Notes under the pieces: model-generated
What the model was told of the DNA's origin: nothing
Databases searched by the model: none
The model's input: the letters and a program-made list of their open reading frames with translations, nothing else
In this document: piece after piece, positions 53,488 through 62,335 of the stretch
Layout of the letters: each line of letters starts with the position of its first letter
How positions within the stretch are numbered: the first letter of the stretch is position 1
Source of the DNA: Deltaproteobacteria bacterium
GTDB lineage: Bacteria; Desulfobacterota; Desulfobaccia; Desulfobaccales; 0-14-0-80-60-11
Assembly: GCA_030018495.1 (NCBI GenBank)
Contig: JASEFS010000001.1
Coordinates: 161,285 to 225,284, forward strand
Reading direction: 5' to 3'
DNA: 64,000 nt
Position numbers and translations under genes: made by a program

Positions 53488-54933
53488 ATGGAGAAAAGCA
53501 GGCAGGAAAGCTTCTGGGAGAAGGTCATCGATACCATGGGACAGGGCGTGCTGGTGGTTAACTCCCGGGGACGCATCCTGTTCGCCAACGACGCGGTGGA
53601 GGAGATCACCGGTTACCGCCGGAGCGAGCTTATCGGACAGCCATGCGCCATTTTAAGGAGCGATGCCTGCTTCGGCGCGGCCTCTGGCGCACCGGGGAGT
53701 CATTGTGAGCTGTTTCAGAAGGGCTCCATAAAGAGCTGTAAAGGCGCGCTGGTGAAAAAGGACGGAGGTTTGGTACACATCTTGAAGAATGCCGTCATGT
53801 TAGAAGACGGCACCGGCCAGACGGTAGGCGTGGAAACCCTCACCGATATCAGCGAAATGGTGGCTAAAGAGCGGGTGATTTCCCGACTGCGCCGCGAAAT
53901 CAGCCGGGAGGACAGTTTTCAGGGCATGATCGGCAAGTCGCCGGTTATGGATCAACTGTTCTGTCTTATCTCCAGTGCGGCGCAATCTGACGCTCCGGTG
54001 ATCATTTATGGGGAAAGCGGCGTCGGCAAAGAACTGGCGGCCGCGGCCATCCACCGATTGGGAGAGCGCCACCGGGGGCCGTTTATCAAGGTGAACAGCG
54101 CGGCGTTGGCCGAGTCCATATTGGAAAGTGAGCTTTTCGGGCATGTACGGGGGGCTTTCACCGGGGCCGAGCGCACCCGGGCGGGCCGGTTCGAAGCCGC
54201 CCATGGAGGCGACATTTTTTTGGATGAGGTGGGGGACCTCCCCCTGGCGACTCAGGCCAAGCTGCTCCGAGTCCTCCAGGAGAAGGTTGTCGAACGGGTG
54301 GGGGACCATCGGCCCATTCCGGTGGATGTCCGGATTATATCCGCCACCAACCAGGACCTTCCCCGCCTTATAGCTGAAGGACGCTTTCGTGAGGACCTGT
54401 TTTACCGGATTAACGTCATTCCCATTCATATCCCGCCCCTAAGAGAGCGCCGGGAGGACATCCCCCTTCTGGTGGAAGCGTTCATTGAACGCAACCGGCT
54501 TAAAACCCGGAAACCCATCAGCGGCATCAGTAAAGAAGCTTTAGATAAGATCCTGGCTTACCGATGGCCGGGCAACGTCCGGGAACTTATCAATGCCATT
54601 GATTATGCCTTTGTGCTCTGCCACGAGGGAGCTATCTTGCCGAAACACCTTCCCGGTGCGCTGAATCATCAGAAAGCTCCCCGGTCCATGGGCGGGCGCG
54701 CGGTGCTGCCGGCCAGTCCGGCCAGGGATAGGGAGGCTTTAATGGACGCGATGGAACAGGCCGCAGGCAATAAATCCGAGGCCGCCAGAATCCTGGGAGT
54801 AAGCCGGGTGACCTTGTGGAAATGGCTTAAAAACTATCAATTGAATGGTGAGGACGGCTCCGCTTTCCCCGGAAAGGCGGACAGTGAGTTGCCGCCTCCG
54901 AGGTCCCGGAGAATTGTGGGAATTAAAAAATAA
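53488..54933 (+). CDS. Sigma-54-dependent transcriptional activator (PAS, AAA+, Fis-type HTH)
   Basis: Walker A GESGVGKE, GAFTGA loop (RGAFTGAER), C-terminal AARILGVSRVTLWKWLK. N-terminal PAS-like domain. Confidence 0.9.
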   Translation: MEKSRQESFWEKVIDTMGQGVLVVNSRGRILFANDAVEEITGYRRSELIGQPCAILRSDACFGAASGAPGSHCELFQKGSIKSCKGALVKKDGGLVHILKNAVMLEDGTGQTVGVETLTDISEMVAKERVISRLRREISREDSFQGMIGKSPVMDQLFCLISSAAQSDAPVIIYGESGVGKELAAAAIHRLGERHRGPFIKVNSAALAESILESELFGHVRGAFTGAERTRAGRFEAAHGGDIFLDEVGDLPLATQAKLLRVLQEKVVERVGDHRPIPVDVRIISATNQDLPRLIAEGRFREDLFYRINVIPIHIPPLRERREDIPLLVEAFIERNRLKTRKPISGISKEALDKILAYRWPGNVRELINAIDYAFVLCHEGAILPKHLPGALNHQKAPRSMGGRAVLPASPARDREALMDAMEQAAGNKSEAARILGVSRVTLWKWLKNYQLNGEDGSAFPGKADSELPPPRSRRIVGIKK

Positions 54934-54959
54934 GGTGACTTTTATTTGAGGGAAGAGAA

Positions 54960-55907
54960 GTGACCGCTAAAAAAAGCAGCAGAATTCTATGGGGGCTCGC
55001 GGCCGCCCTGGCCTGGGGCATGCTTATCCTGGCCGGCTGCGGGGACAGCGAACCGGCCAAGAAAATCGACTTATCCAAGCGGGAGGAGACGATATACCGG
55101 CAGGAGGACGCCATCACTTATGCCTATCTGCCCCAATACGCCCATACGGTCTCTTATGAGCGCCATCACCTGGTGGTGGACTATCTGAGCCGCACCACCG
55201 GGATGACGTTTCGCCAGGTTTTCCCGGACACGTTTGACGAGCATATGAACATGGTGGGAAGAGGCCTCATAGACATCACCTTCAGCAACCCCTTCATTTA
55301 TGTGAACATCGCCGACCGCTACGGCGCCCGGGCCTTTGCCCGCATAGTGGAAGCCAAAGGCAAGGAGAATTTCCGCGGCCAGATCATTTGCCGGGCTGAC
55401 AATCCGCAAATCAAAACGCTGAATGACATCAAGGGCAAGCGCTTGATTGCTGTTGACCCCACTTCGGCCGGCGGCTTCCTTTATCCCTGGGGCTGGATTT
55501 TGGAGCACGGCATCCGTAAGGAGGATCTGGCGGAAATCGCCTTTGCTCCGGGGCCGGGCGGCAAGCAGGAAAAAGTGGTTATGGCGGTCTTGTCGGGCAA
55601 GTACGATGTGGGGGTCATCCGGGAGGGAACACTGGATATCATGGCCAACAAGATTGATGTTAACCAAATAAGAGTGTTGGCCTACTCACGTTGGTACCCT
55701 GGCTGGGTGTATGCGGCCCGGCGGGGACTGGACCCGGCCATCGTGGACAAAATTAAACAGGCCTTGCTGGCTTTAAACATGGACGATGCCGATCATGCCA
55801 CTATTCTAAAAAAGGCCGGTTTTATTGCTATTATCCCGGCCAAGGATGAAGATTTTAACTCGGTGCGGCGGCTGGCCCAGATCGTGGAAGCCGGCGGCAA
55901 GCCCTAA
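54960..55907 (+). CDS. PhnD-like (phosphate/phosphonate-type) periplasmic substrate-binding lipoprotein
   Basis: Lipobox LILAGCG. YLPQYAH...; type-2 SBP pattern with GKRLIAVDPTSAGGFLYP. GTG start. Confidence 0.75.
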   Translation: MTAKKSSRILWGLAAALAWGMLILAGCGDSEPAKKIDLSKREETIYRQEDAITYAYLPQYAHTVSYERHHLVVDYLSRTTGMTFRQVFPDTFDEHMNMVGRGLIDITFSNPFIYVNIADRYGARAFARIVEAKGKENFRGQIICRADNPQIKTLNDIKGKRLIAVDPTSAGGFLYPWGWILEHGIRKEDLAEIAFAPGPGGKQEKVVMAVLSGKYDVGVIREGTLDIMANKIDVNQIRVLAYSRWYPGWVYAARRGLDPAIVDKIKQALLALNMDDADHATILKKAGFIAIIPAKDEDFNSVRRLAQIVEAGGKP

Positions 55908-55977
55908 GGCCATGGAGGAATTCAGCGGCAAACCGACCCCCCCAGGAAGTCCTGGAGCGGCTGATAAGGTGGGAATT

Positions 55978-58071
55978 ATGCGGTTTTTTAGCAGCCTGTC
56001 TTTACGCAGCAAGATATTTTTGATCATTACCGCGGTGGTTTTGGTTTTCGGCTTACTTTCGGCGACGTTTGTGAGCCGTATTGCCACTAAGGCCATGGTG
56101 GGGGAAATCAAAAAGCGGGGCCTTACCCTGGGTCTGGGTTTGGCGGCCCGGATTGCGGATCCCATGCTGGCCGTTGATTTTCTCCGCCTGAAGAATATGG
56201 TGGATCAGGTAAAAGAGTCCAGTGACGACATTGTCTATGTATTTGTTCTGGATAAAAATGAGAGGGTGTTATCCCATACTTTCAAGAGCGGCTTCCCGGT
56301 CAACCTGAGAACCGCCAACCAGGTGCCGCCGGGCGCCGGCCAGCATATTCAATTGCTGGAAATCGACGAGGAAGAGCGGGTTTACGACTTCGCTCTGCCT
56401 ATAGTGATCAGCCATGCGCGTTTGGGCACGGTCCGGCTGGGGCTTTCTCAGATCAAGGCCCAAGCTGCGGTGCAGCGCCTTTTGTTCATTATATTCAGCG
56501 CCTCTCTGGGAGCCGGCCTAGTGGCGGTGGTGCTGGGAACCCTGTTCGCCAGCACCGTCACTCGGCGTCTGGACGTCTTGCGCAGGTCCGCAGAAATGAT
56601 GGTCAAGGGCAACCTGGATATCCAAACCGGCCCGCAGCTCAAAAGCAACTGCTGGCAGATCAGGGATTGTCAGAAGATGGAATGTCCGGCTTTTGGCGAC
56701 GTTCGGCGCCGCTGCTGGTATTTGGCCGGCACCATGTGCCCCGAATGCGCGCCGGGCGGGTTTGAACAAAAGTACGAAACCTGCAAAAACTGTGAAGTCT
56801 TTTGGGCCAGCAGTGGCGATGAAATCCAGAGTTTGGCCGAGGCTTTTGATTTCATGGCTCTCAGTCTCAAATCCTATATCGAAAACCTTAAGGAGGCGGA
56901 AAAGAGCATTACCAGGCAGCAGCAGGTCCTCAAAACCATTCTGGACGTCACCCCTGATCCGGTCAGCCTCCAAGACGCAGATCTGCGCTATCGTGCGGTG
57001 AACCCCGCGTTCCGGTATTATTTTTCCATAGATGAAGCAGATATTATAGGCAAATCCGATGTGGACATCTTCTCCCCCGAATTGGCTGAGATGATACGCC
57101 GGGAGGATCTGGAGATTCTTAAAACCGGGCACACCTTATCCAAGGAAATCCTGGTCGGCAAGGACAACGACAAACATTGGTTTCACATGGTGAAGGTGCC
57201 GGTATACGATGAGAAACGGATTGCCGGCCTATTGTTTACGGCTCGGGATATTACTGAAATCAAGAAGTATCAGGAAAAGCTCATCCAAACCGTAAAGATG
57301 GAAGAGTTGGGCAAGTTGGCCGGGGGCGTGGCCCATGAAATCAATACCCCTTTGGGCATTATTTTGGGTTATGCCCAGATCCTGTTGGAAGATCTGCCCC
57401 AGGACACCGAGAGTCACGAATACCTGGAAATAATAGAGAAGCAGGCCCAAATCTGCCGCCACATCGTCGCGGACCTGCTCAACTTTTCCCGCGTCAGCGA
57501 CAGCCGTATGGAAGAAATGGATCTTAACCAGTCGATTGATGAGGTGGTGCACCTGGTGCGCCACATCTTCAAACAGGACTGGGTAGACATTCAAACCTCC
57601 CTTGATCCTCAAATCCCGGCTATACGGGGAGACCGGGAGAAGCTCAAGCAGGTTTGGCTTAATCTCCTGAACAACGCCTTTGAATCCATCGGCCGGGAAG
57701 GCACGATTCAGGTAACTTCAAAGTTGTGCCCCCAAGGCAACCATGTGGTGGTGAGCGTGGCCGATACCGGCGCCGGAATCAGCGCCGAAGACCAGAAGAA
57801 AATCTTTGAGCCCTTTTTCAGCACCAAGGCCCCGGGAGTGGGCACCGGGCTGGGCTTGTCGGTGTCCCTGGGCATTGTCCGGGAACATCAGGGCAAAATT
57901 ATTGCGGTAAGTCCGGCCCGAAGGGAATTCCTTGAGCAAGCGGGTGAGACCCAAAGACCCGGCGCCCTTTTCATCGTGCTCTTGCCGGTGAATTGGGAAA
58001 TACCCGTGGAGGATGCCTGCGAGGAGCTGGTGCGGCTCAATATCGATGACCAACAACTGGCGACCGGATAG
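55978..58071 (+). CDS. Sensor histidine kinase: periplasmic sensor, HAMP, Cys-rich two-CW domain, PAS, HisKA/HATPase
   Basis: H-box [13 protein letters not shown]; N/G boxes [31 protein letters not shown]...[13 protein letters not shown]...CKNC insert. ATG 55978 preferred (AAGGTGGG upstream); ATG 55912 also possible. Confidence 0.85.
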   Translation: MRFFSSLSLRSKIFLIITAVVLVFGLLSATFVSRIATKAMVGEIKKRGLTLGLGLAARIADPMLAVDFLRLKNMVDQVKESSDDIVYVFVLDKNERVLSHTFKSGFPVNLRTANQVPPGAGQHIQLLEIDEEERVYDFALPIVISHARLGTVRLGLSQIKAQAAVQRLLFIIFSASLGAGLVAVVLGTLFASTVTRRLDVLRRSAEMMVKGNLDIQTGPQLKSNCWQIRDCQKMECPAFGDVRRRCWYLAGTMCPECAPGGFEQKYETCKNCEVFWASSGDEIQSLAEAFDFMALSLKSYIENLKEAEKSITRQQQVLKTILDVTPDPVSLQDADLRYRAVNPAFRYYFSIDEADIIGKSDVDIFSPELAEMIRREDLEILKTGHTLSKEILVGKDNDKHWFHMVKVPVYDEKRIAGLLFTARDITEIKKYQEKLIQTVKMEELGKLAGGVAHEINTPLGIILGYAQILLEDLPQDTESHEYLEIIEKQAQICRHIVADLLNFSRVSDSRMEEMDLNQSIDEVVHLVRHIFKQDWVDIQTSLDPQIPAIRGDREKLKQVWLNLLNNAFESIGREGTIQVTSKLCPQGNHVVVSVADTGAGISAEDQKKIFEPFFSTKAPGVGTGLGLSVSLGIVREHQGKIIAVSPARREFLEQAGETQRPGALFIVLLPVNWEIPVEDACEELVRLNIDDQQLATG

Positions 58072-58079
58072 GGGAAACG

Positions 58080-58454
58080 ATGGGACAGATACTGGTTCTG
58101 GATGACGTTTTGGATGCTGGAGTGATGATAAAGCGCATTCTGGAACGCAAAGGCCATCAGGTGGCGGTGTTCACCGACGAAGAAGAGGCCCTGGCGCATG
58201 CGCGCTCTCAGCCGGTAGACGTGGCCATCCTGGACATCAGGCTGAAAAAGATGAGCGGTGTCGATGTCTTGCAGGAGCTGATGAAAATATCTCCCCAGAC
58301 TCAGGTTATCATGCTTACGGGCTATCCCACCCTGGAAACGGCTCGGCAGGCCCAGGAGTGGGGGGCGTGCGATTATTGCATCAAACCCATCGACAAGGAT
58401 GAGCTGGAAGAAAAGGTGGCCAACGCGTTGGCGGCGGCGACCAGGCCCTCATGA
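58080..58454 (+). CDS. Single-domain (CheY-like) response regulator
   Basis: ILVLDD...VAILDIRLKKMSG...IMLTGY...CIKP. No output domain. Confidence 0.9.
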   Translation: MGQILVLDDVLDAGVMIKRILERKGHQVAVFTDEEEALAHARSQPVDVAILDIRLKKMSGVDVLQELMKISPQTQVIMLTGYPTLETARQAQEWGACDYCIKPIDKDELEEKVANALAAATRPS

Positions 58455-60964
58455 ATTTCAGTCAGCTTTTCAGATATTGGACCCTCCAGGTTTTTGCTCC
58501 GGACAAATTGCTGCGCCACAAGTATGAAGCCTTCAAGGAACTCCTGCGTCACGATAAAAAAAGCCTGGAACTGATTACGGATTTGGAAGAGGTCCAGCAT
58601 GCCGGGACACCGGTGGATTGGGCCAGGATTGACAGGCTGGTGCGCGCTCTCAACTGGTCCGTGGGGAGCTTGGTCCGCTCCCTGGTGTCCATGCATCCCG
58701 GCGGCGCGTACAGCGGCCTGGAGCGGCGCTTCAGGCAACTGGAGTCTTCCCTTGCCGCGGCTGTCGCCCTCCCGGAGGGGGACCGATCCCCGCCTTACAC
58801 TCTGAACCTGTCGGACGCGGCCGCTGAGCCGGGCCTGGCGGGAGGCAAAGCCCACACCCTCAGCCGGCTGCTCAGGGACGCAGGCCTGCCGGGCCCCCGG
58901 GGATTTGTCATCACCACCAACGCCTTCCGCTACTTTTTGCACCATAATGGCCTGCGTCACCGGCTGGACGAACTTCTGGCCGAAGTGAGCCTGGATGACT
59001 GGGAACGCCTGGAGAGGCTGTCCGGGGAAATGACCGAGATGGTGCTCACGGGGGAAGTTCCGCCGGAAATAAGGGAGGAAACTGCACGAAGATTGGCATC
59101 TCTTAAGCGGGAGGGTTGCACCGGTCCCTGGAGTTTGCGCAGCAGCGCCGCCAGTGAAGATGGCGAATTGTCATTTGCCGGCCAATATGCCAGCGTGCTC
59201 GGGGTGGGTGAGGAAGAGGACTTTTTCGTTGCGTATAAAAGGGTGTTGGCCAGCAAGTATGCGCCGCGCGCCGTGGCCTACCGCATCCGCGGCGGTTTGG
59301 CCGACCCGGAAACGCCGATGGCGGTTCTGGTCATGCAAATGGTTGACGCCAGGGTGAGCGGCGTGGTCTACACCAGGGACCGGGAGCCAAGCCGAGGAGA
59401 AGATTCCCTGGCGGTTTACGCGGTCCCCGGCCTGGGATATCGGCTGGTGGACGGCAGCGCCGAACCCGAAGTCCATTATTTCACCCGGGAGGCGCAACCC
59501 CAGCCCCTTGGGTCCTTGCCCTCCCGCACCTGTCCGGTGGAACTCACCGGGAAGGTCTGTCTTGATTCAGAAACCGCGCAATTGCTGGCCGGATGGGGTA
59601 TGCGCCTGGAAGGAGTCGCCGGCTGCCCTCAGGATATCGAATGGACCCAAGACCATTCGGGGTCATGCTATATCCTGCAGGCGCGCCCCCTGTTCACCAG
59701 GACTTTCGCCGCGGCGCCGGGGACTGAAGAGGAGGAAACGCGTGTCCCGGAACAAGCCGTTCTCCTGGAAGGGGGAGTGACGGCCAGCGCCGGGGTTGGG
59801 GTAGGGCGGGTTTACCTCCTGGAAAGCGAGGCGGAGCTGGGGATGGTGCCGGATGGTGCGGTGCTGGTGTCGCCGACCCTGACTCCTGCCCTGGCGGGGA
59901 TAATCAGGCGGTTGCGCGCGGTGGTGGCGGCCGGCGGCAGCCGCGCCAGCCATTTCGCGTCCATAGCCAGGGAATACGGCTTGCCTGTGTTGGCCGCGGT
60001 GCGCGAGGCTGCCAAGCTCTTGCCGCCCGGCGAGACGGTCACCGTGGATGCCGCTCGTTGCCGAGTCTACCGGGGGGAAGCGGCTGGACTAGTGGGAGAA
60101 CCTCAGCGAAATTATTTTCTCCCGAAGTCGGCCTTTCAAGCGCGCTTACAGAAAGCTTTGGACTTGATATCGCCCTTGCATCTCCTGGACCCCGCGTCTC
60201 CGGATTTTAAGCCGGAAAACTGCGCCAGCATGCATGACGTGACGCGCTTTGCGCATGAAAAAGGCATGGCCGAGATGTTTTCGCTGGTGGGCCGCAGCGG
60301 CCGGGGCCTGGCCCGGGCCCGGCAACTGGAAAGCGACCTGCCCCTGGTTATGTACATCCTGGACCTGGAGGGCGGCATTGCCCCGGAGGCGGCGGATAAG
60401 AAGACCATCAGACCGGAGTTCATCACCTCGCCCCTCATGCGGGCCTGCTGGGCTGGGCTTACCCACCCCGACGTGAACTGGCGTTCAGGCCTGATCCATA
60501 TCGATTGGGAGGAGTTGGACCGCGTCAGCGCCGGCATCCTGAGCCTCAAATCCGCGCTCCTGGCCAGCTACGCCATAGTGGCGCAAGAATATCTCCACCT
60601 GGTGCTCCGGTTCGGCTACCATTTCGCGGTCCTGGACGCTTTGGGCGGCGACAACCCGGAGGCCAACTACATCGCTTTCCGCTTCAAAGGCGGGGGGGCG
60701 CATTACGAAAGCAGGCTTCTCAGGGTGGAACTGATTAAAGCGATTTTGGAGTGGGCCGGCTTTACCGTCAAAACCCGGGGCGATCTTCTGGACGCCCGCT
60801 TCGACCGCCGACCCGCGGAGCAGATATTGGCCCGCCTGACCCTGTTGGGGATTCTCCAGGGCAAGACCCAGCTTCTGGATATGGCCTTGAGTGATCAGGA
60901 GCAGGTCAACGGGATGGTGGATGCCTTTAAGGAGAGCTTCGGCCAGTATGTGGCCAAAGCCTGA
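58451..60964 (+). CDS. PpsA/PPDK-like dikinase family protein: ATP-grasp nucleotide domain, phosphohistidine swivel domain and unknown C-terminal domain (no PEP/pyruvate TIM barrel)
   Basis: GGKAHTLSRL, RSSAASEDGELSFAGQY, PQDIEWT, swivel His GGSRASHFASIAREYGLP. Start overlaps the RR stop (ATGA). Confidence 0.8.
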   Translation: MNFSQLFRYWTLQVFAPDKLLRHKYEAFKELLRHDKKSLELITDLEEVQHAGTPVDWARIDRLVRALNWSVGSLVRSLVSMHPGGAYSGLERRFRQLESSLAAAVALPEGDRSPPYTLNLSDAAAEPGLAGGKAHTLSRLLRDAGLPGPRGFVITTNAFRYFLHHNGLRHRLDELLAEVSLDDWERLERLSGEMTEMVLTGEVPPEIREETARRLASLKREGCTGPWSLRSSAASEDGELSFAGQYASVLGVGEEEDFFVAYKRVLASKYAPRAVAYRIRGGLADPETPMAVLVMQMVDARVSGVVYTRDREPSRGEDSLAVYAVPGLGYRLVDGSAEPEVHYFTREAQPQPLGSLPSRTCPVELTGKVCLDSETAQLLAGWGMRLEGVAGCPQDIEWTQDHSGSCYILQARPLFTRTFAAAPGTEEEETRVPEQAVLLEGGVTASAGVGVGRVYLLESEAELGMVPDGAVLVSPTLTPALAGIIRRLRAVVAAGGSRASHFASIAREYGLPVLAAVREAAKLLPPGETVTVDAARCRVYRGEAAGLVGEPQRNYFLPKSAFQARLQKALDLISPLHLLDPASPDFKPENCASMHDVTRFAHEKGMAEMFSLVGRSGRGLARARQLESDLPLVMYILDLEGGIAPEAADKKTIRPEFITSPLMRACWAGLTHPDVNWRSGLIHIDWEELDRVSAGILSLKSALLASYAIVAQEYLHLVLRFGYHFAVLDALGGDNPEANYIAFRFKGGGAHYESRLLRVELIKAILEWAGFTVKTRGDLLDARFDRRPAEQILARLTLLGILQGKTQLLDMALSDQEQVNGMVDAFKESFGQYVAKA

Positions 60965-60996
60965 TGCCGGGGCACGGCTTATTTTAGAGATTTAGC

Positions 60997-62064
60997 ATGG
61001 CTGAAAAGAGCTATCAATTGGATTGGGTGACCGACAGTCTGGCGGTGGGGCAGGCGCCCATGTCTTATGAGGCCTTGGATCAACTGCGGGAACAGGGCAT
61101 AAACGCCATTATGAATTTGTGCGCCGAATTTTGCGATTTGCACTGGATTGAAGCCGACGCCGGGTTCGAAGTGTATTATTTCCCCATTCCCGACGAGCAA
61201 GCACCGGACTTGCAAGAGTTGGAAAAGGCCCTGGACTGGCTGGACGAATGCCTGTACTTAGGGAAAAAAGTGCTGGTCCACTGCCGCTTCGGCATAGGGC
61301 GGACCGGCACGGTGGTGAATGCCTACCTGCTGCGCAAGGGCCTGGGGCATAAACTGGCCGGCAGAAAGCTCAAGGGTTTCAAGTCCCGGCCTGCCAATTT
61401 CGACCAGTGGTGGTTCATCCGCAAGTACGGCAAAAAAGAGAAACCTTTGGTTATCCGGGAGCCTGCCCTGGAGACCAAACATCTGGTGGATCTTTTCCCG
61501 TTTTTTAAAGATTACCGAAAAATCCGCAAAGAGGTGGACCAGCGCCTGGCCGCGGCCGGAAAAGAGACCTTGTGCGGCCAGGGACATGCACAATGCTGCC
61601 GGGAACTGGTGGTCATGTCATTCATTGAGACGGTGTATGTCAACCATGTTATCAACACCACCCTGGACCGGGTGACGCGCCGGAATGTCATCCAGCGGGC
61701 CGTGGATGCAAGCCGGGCCTGGCGGGAGTTAAAGCAGCAGACAGAGGCGGATTATGACGACGAAGCCTTGGCCGCGGCCTACCGGCAGGCCCAAATTCTG
61801 TGCCCGTTGAACGAATACGGGGAATGTCTGATTTTTGAAAACAGGCCCCTGTCCTGCCGCATTTTCGACCTGCCCGCGTGGGACCGCGAAGATTTTGCAG
61901 CCCGGCTGCCCCAGGCCCTGGGCGAAATTTCAGACAGCGTGTATTCTGCTTTCACTTCCCGGCTTCCGGGCGGCGTATCCCTTAATTTTTCTTTGCCAGA
62001 AGTGGTATCAGGCAAATTTATCCAGGCTTTTTTCCATCACCTGCTGAAAAACAACGCGGCCTGA
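60997..62064 (+). CDS. Fusion of a dual-specificity (Cys-based) phosphatase domain and a YkgJ-like Cys-cluster domain
   Basis: CX5R P-loop VLVHCRFGIGRTGTVV. C-terminal CGQGHAQCC ... CPLNEYGECLIFENRPLSCRIF, typical of YkgJ/UPF0153 proteins. Confidence 0.75.
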   Translation: MAEKSYQLDWVTDSLAVGQAPMSYEALDQLREQGINAIMNLCAEFCDLHWIEADAGFEVYYFPIPDEQAPDLQELEKALDWLDECLYLGKKVLVHCRFGIGRTGTVVNAYLLRKGLGHKLAGRKLKGFKSRPANFDQWWFIRKYGKKEKPLVIREPALETKHLVDLFPFFKDYRKIRKEVDQRLAAAGKETLCGQGHAQCCRELVVMSFIETVYVNHVINTTLDRVTRRNVIQRAVDASRAWRELKQQTEADYDDEALAAAYRQAQILCPLNEYGECLIFENRPLSCRIFDLPAWDREDFAARLPQALGEISDSVYSAFTSRLPGGVSLNFSLPEVVSGKFIQAFFHHLLKNNAA

Positions 62065-62070
62065 GAATGG

Positions 62071-62122
62071 GCTTTAAGCTTTAAGCTATCAGCTATCAGC
62101 TATCAGCAAATAAGCTTTAAGC
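62071..62122. repeat. Heptamer tandem repeat, AGCTTWA/AGCTATC family (about 7 units)
   Basis: gcttta agcttta agctatc agctatc agctatc agcaaat aagcttta agc, starting 7 nt after the phosphatase stop. Confidence 0.85.
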
Positions 62123-62169
62123 CTGCCGCCCATTATGTTGAGACGGTTTAAAATCTATAAGAATAGAAT

Positions 62170-62223
62170 TAGAACCGCCGCCCTCGGCGGTTCGAGACGC
62201 CGGCGGGGGCGCCGGCGCAACAT
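62170..62223. repeat. Double GC-hairpin element, copy B
   Basis: tagaaccgccgccctcggcggttcgagacgccggcgggggcgccggcgcaacat, homologous to 31276-31327. Confidence 0.7.
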
Positions 62224-62335
62224 AAGGCGAAACGATTAGACTTTCGCAACCTCACCCGAGTCGCTGTCCAAAAGTTGTCTTGCGTAAGGGAAGACCCGGG
62301 CGTCCTCTCCCGGGTCCAGGTCGAGACAGGTTTGT

